Shown here one piece after another: positions 61,958 to 64,000 of a stretch of 64,000 bases of DNA. The notes below the pieces were generated by a model, which searched no databases, was not told the origin of the DNA, and worked only from the letters and a program-made list of their open reading frames with translations. Position 1 is the first letter of the stretch; every line of letters begins with the position of its first letter. Source of the DNA: an uncultured delta proteobacterium (GTDB lineage: Bacteria; Myxococcota_A; Polyangia; Fen-1088); contig CAVTRY010000013.1 of NCBI GenBank assembly GCA_963737265.1, positions 480,001-544,000 on the forward strand, read 5' to 3'. The position numbers were made by a program, and so were the translations under genes.

Positions 61958-63028
61958 CTAGCAGGCTGGGCAGCGCGGCCGCCCCTGGGCCGACGGAGCA
62001 CAAGCCTCGCATAGCATGTGGAGACGGTCGTCGCAGAAGACCGGTCGCAAGGTGGTTTGCGCGCAGCTCGCGCACGGCAGACGGTCGAGCTGGCGCGTGT
62101 CCGCCGGGATCTGCAGCACCAAATTGCCCGCGACCTTGCGGCGACGGATGCGCAGGGTCACGCGCGCGACGGCCGCGGTGGCGCGCACGATGGCCGCCGG
62201 GGCCAAGACCACCCGTAAGGCATAGCGAGTCTCTAGATCGGCCAGCATTCGCGCGCGCTCGGCGTGCAGGTGATCGATGCGCGCTTGTCGGACTTCGGTG
62301 GCAACTATCCGGCGCGATGCCTGCGTGTCCGCAACGAGCGAATCGAAATACTCGCCAATGCGCTCCCGATCCCGGTCGCGGCGCCGATGCACCGACGCGC
62401 GAAAGCCGGCCACTACCGAAGCTGCCCGCGCCTGTGCCCGCGCGATGATGGCACTCGGAACATGGGGAGCGGTGGGAACGCCGTCGAGCGGCGTGTCCGC
62501 GGACAACAGGCGACCGGCGCCGTATCCTGGATCGAGGAAGTCGGCGAATCCAGTTTCCGGCTCGGCCGCCGTGACAGCGTCGGCGACGATGCGCAAGACC
62601 GTCTCGAAACGATCGTCGGCCTCGGCCGTGACTGTGAAAAATGCCGCAAGGTAGGTCGCCTGGCCGCGCGCCACTCCGACGACGTCCACGACCGCGTTGC
62701 GCGGGACAAAGTATGCCAGCGCCGCGGAGCAGGCCGCGTCGCCGGGGGCCTGACCCGCGACCTTCGCCTCGGCGATGGGCACCTGGGTGCGCAGCTGCCC
62801 GAGCACGGTGTCGAGGAGCGGGCTACCGAATCCACACGCGGTCTCACCCGGCGACGCTGGCACATCGGCAAGTCTAACCTCCTCGCCGATCCCGAGCGTT
62901 GCTGCCAGAGCCGCCGGCGCCAACGCCAAGCCCCGATCGGGTCCACCTTCTACAAGCGCGCCTTGGCTGGCCAGGTACTCCGCCAACAGCTCGAACGGCG
63001 TGACCAAGGTGGCCGACGACGCAGTCAT
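61958..63028 (-). CDS. Helicase-coupled hypothetical protein (YqhG-like) with C-terminal Cys cluster
   Basis: ATGA overlap with the helicase; coiled coil RDRERIGEYF...LETRY; C-terminal CASC...CDDRLHMLCEAC...CPAC. Confidence 0.75.
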   Translation of the reverse strand: MTASSATLVTPFELLAEYLASQGALVEGGPDRGLALAPAALAATLGIGEEVRLADVPASPGETACGFGSPLLDTVLGQLRTQVPIAEAKVAGQAPGDAACSAALAYFVPRNAVVDVVGVARGQATYLAAFFTVTAEADDRFETVLRIVADAVTAAEPETGFADFLDPGYGAGRLLSADTPLDGVPTAPHVPSAIIARAQARAASVVAGFRASVHRRRDRDRERIGEYFDSLVADTQASRRIVATEVRQARIDHLHAERARMLADLETRYALRVVLAPAAIVRATAAVARVTLRIRRRKVAGNLVLQIPADTRQLDRLPCASCAQTTLRPVFCDDRLHMLCEACAPSAQGRPRCPAC

Positions 63029-64000
63029 TGGGCGAAGTCCTTGCCGAAAAGTGCCTCGTCGAGCGCCTTAACGTGCTCATGGTGGCCGCGGGCGGTAAGC
63101 AATTGGGCTTCCAATTCGGCGAAACCGCGACCCACGTCCTCCTCGGTATTCGCTCCGGCGTAGATCGACAGAACCCGTTCTTCCAGATCCCGTTCGTCGG
63201 TGAGGTTGCCGAGAACCATGTCCATCTCGCCGACCACCAACTCGAACAGTTGCAGGCGATCGTGGAGAACCGCCAAAACCCGCTCTTCGATGGTGCCACG
63301 CGCGCACAGATTGCGAACGGTGACTGCACCCTCCTGGCCGTAGCGATGCAAGCGACCGATGCGTTGCTCGATCACCATGGGATTCCAGGGCAAGTCGAAA
63401 TTCACGAGCGAACGGCAGAACTGCAGATTGAGGCCCTCGGCGCCCACATCGGTCGCAAGGAGAAGCGCGCCATCGGCCTTGAACCTATCGAGTGCCGCCT
63501 GCTTCTCGGCGAGCGCGAGCCCGCCGTGCAGCACGGTCGCATCGAGTCCGAACAGCGCGATTTCGTGGGCGATGTGGTCGAGGGTGGCGCGGTAGCGGGA
63601 GAACACTAAGGTCTTGCCCGGCTGCGTGCGCAAGATATCGAGCAATACCGCGGTTTTGCGCGTGCTGAGGATGCGGACGGCGTCGCGCCCGAGGGCGAGC
63701 AGGCGCGAATCGATTGCGGCCTCGTCTTCATCCCGATCGCGCCGCTTCACCTCCATGCGTTCGATGGTCGCGGCCACCGCCTGGGGGCTGGAGCCCGCCT
63801 CAAGCAGTAGGGTCGTCGCCGCTAAGCGTGCCCCCGGCACGTCTGCGCTCTCGCGAAACAGGGCAAGCGCGCGCTCGTAGAGCGCCCGCTCTTCGGGCGA
63901 TGGCTCGAACGAGCACCGTGGAGACGAAACGCGGCGGGAGCTTGAGCCCGCACTGAGCGCGAGTGTTGCGGACCATGACCTCGCCAAGCAGCGAGCGGAG
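63025..64000 (-). CDS. SNF2-family helicase, C-terminal part (5' truncated; frameshift near 63910)
   Basis: KTLVFSRYRAT, ATDVGAEGLNLQFC, NFDLPWNPMVIEQRIGRLHRYGQ, LFELVVGE; upstream EVMVRNTR...LPPR lies in another frame. Confidence 0.88.
   Translation of the reverse strand, partial: SARCLARSWSATLALSAGSSSRRVSSPRCSFEPSPEERALYERALALFRESADVPGARLAATTLLLEAGSSPQAVAATIERMEVKRRDRDEDEAAIDSRLLALGRDAVRILSTRKTAVLLDILRTQPGKTLVFSRYRATLDHIAHEIALFGLDATVLHGGLALAEKQAALDRFKADGALLLATDVGAEGLNLQFCRSLVNFDLPWNPMVIEQRIGRLHRYGQEGAVTVRNLCARGTIEERVLAVLHDRLQLFELVVGEMDMVLGNLTDERDLEERVLSIYAGANTEEDVGRGFAELEAQLLTARGHHEHVKALDEALFGKDFAQ

Noticed and set aside
63900-63920. Programmed frameshift in the helicase
   Set aside because: No slippery heptamer, and other nearby indels point to sequence error.

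Overview
High-GC bacterial window, most likely Myxococcota (inferred from two AgmX/GltJ-type ZnR-GYF proteins, a membrane Ser/Thr kinase and many Ig-rich lipoproteins). 1-17.5 kb is a nitrogen-scavenging island: triuret hydrolase-like trtA (partial), an NCS2-type permease, porin-urtABCDE, allophanate hydrolase atzF, and biuH-cupin-ureD-ureAB-ureC-ureE-ureF-ureG. 17.5-23.4 kb is a translationally coupled four-gene operon (IPT/TIG lipoprotein, HAMP histidine kinase, FecR-Ig protein, Ig plus beta-barrel protein) that looks like an uncharacterised trans-envelope signalling system. The rest mixes housekeeping genes (accD, folC, glyA, pyrR-pyrB-pyrC-carA, purA, xseA, cysS, murI) with accessory genes. 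These include a small Sm/LSm-fold-like protein, a 1259-aa aromatic repeat protein and an SNF2 helicase with a Zn-finger partner. Two intergenic regions fold into long structures with anti-Shine-Dalgarno-like segments. Several single-base frameshifts in the last 11 kb look like assembly errors. No rRNA, tRNA, CRISPR array or transposase was seen. All family calls come from motif recognition by eye, not database searches.
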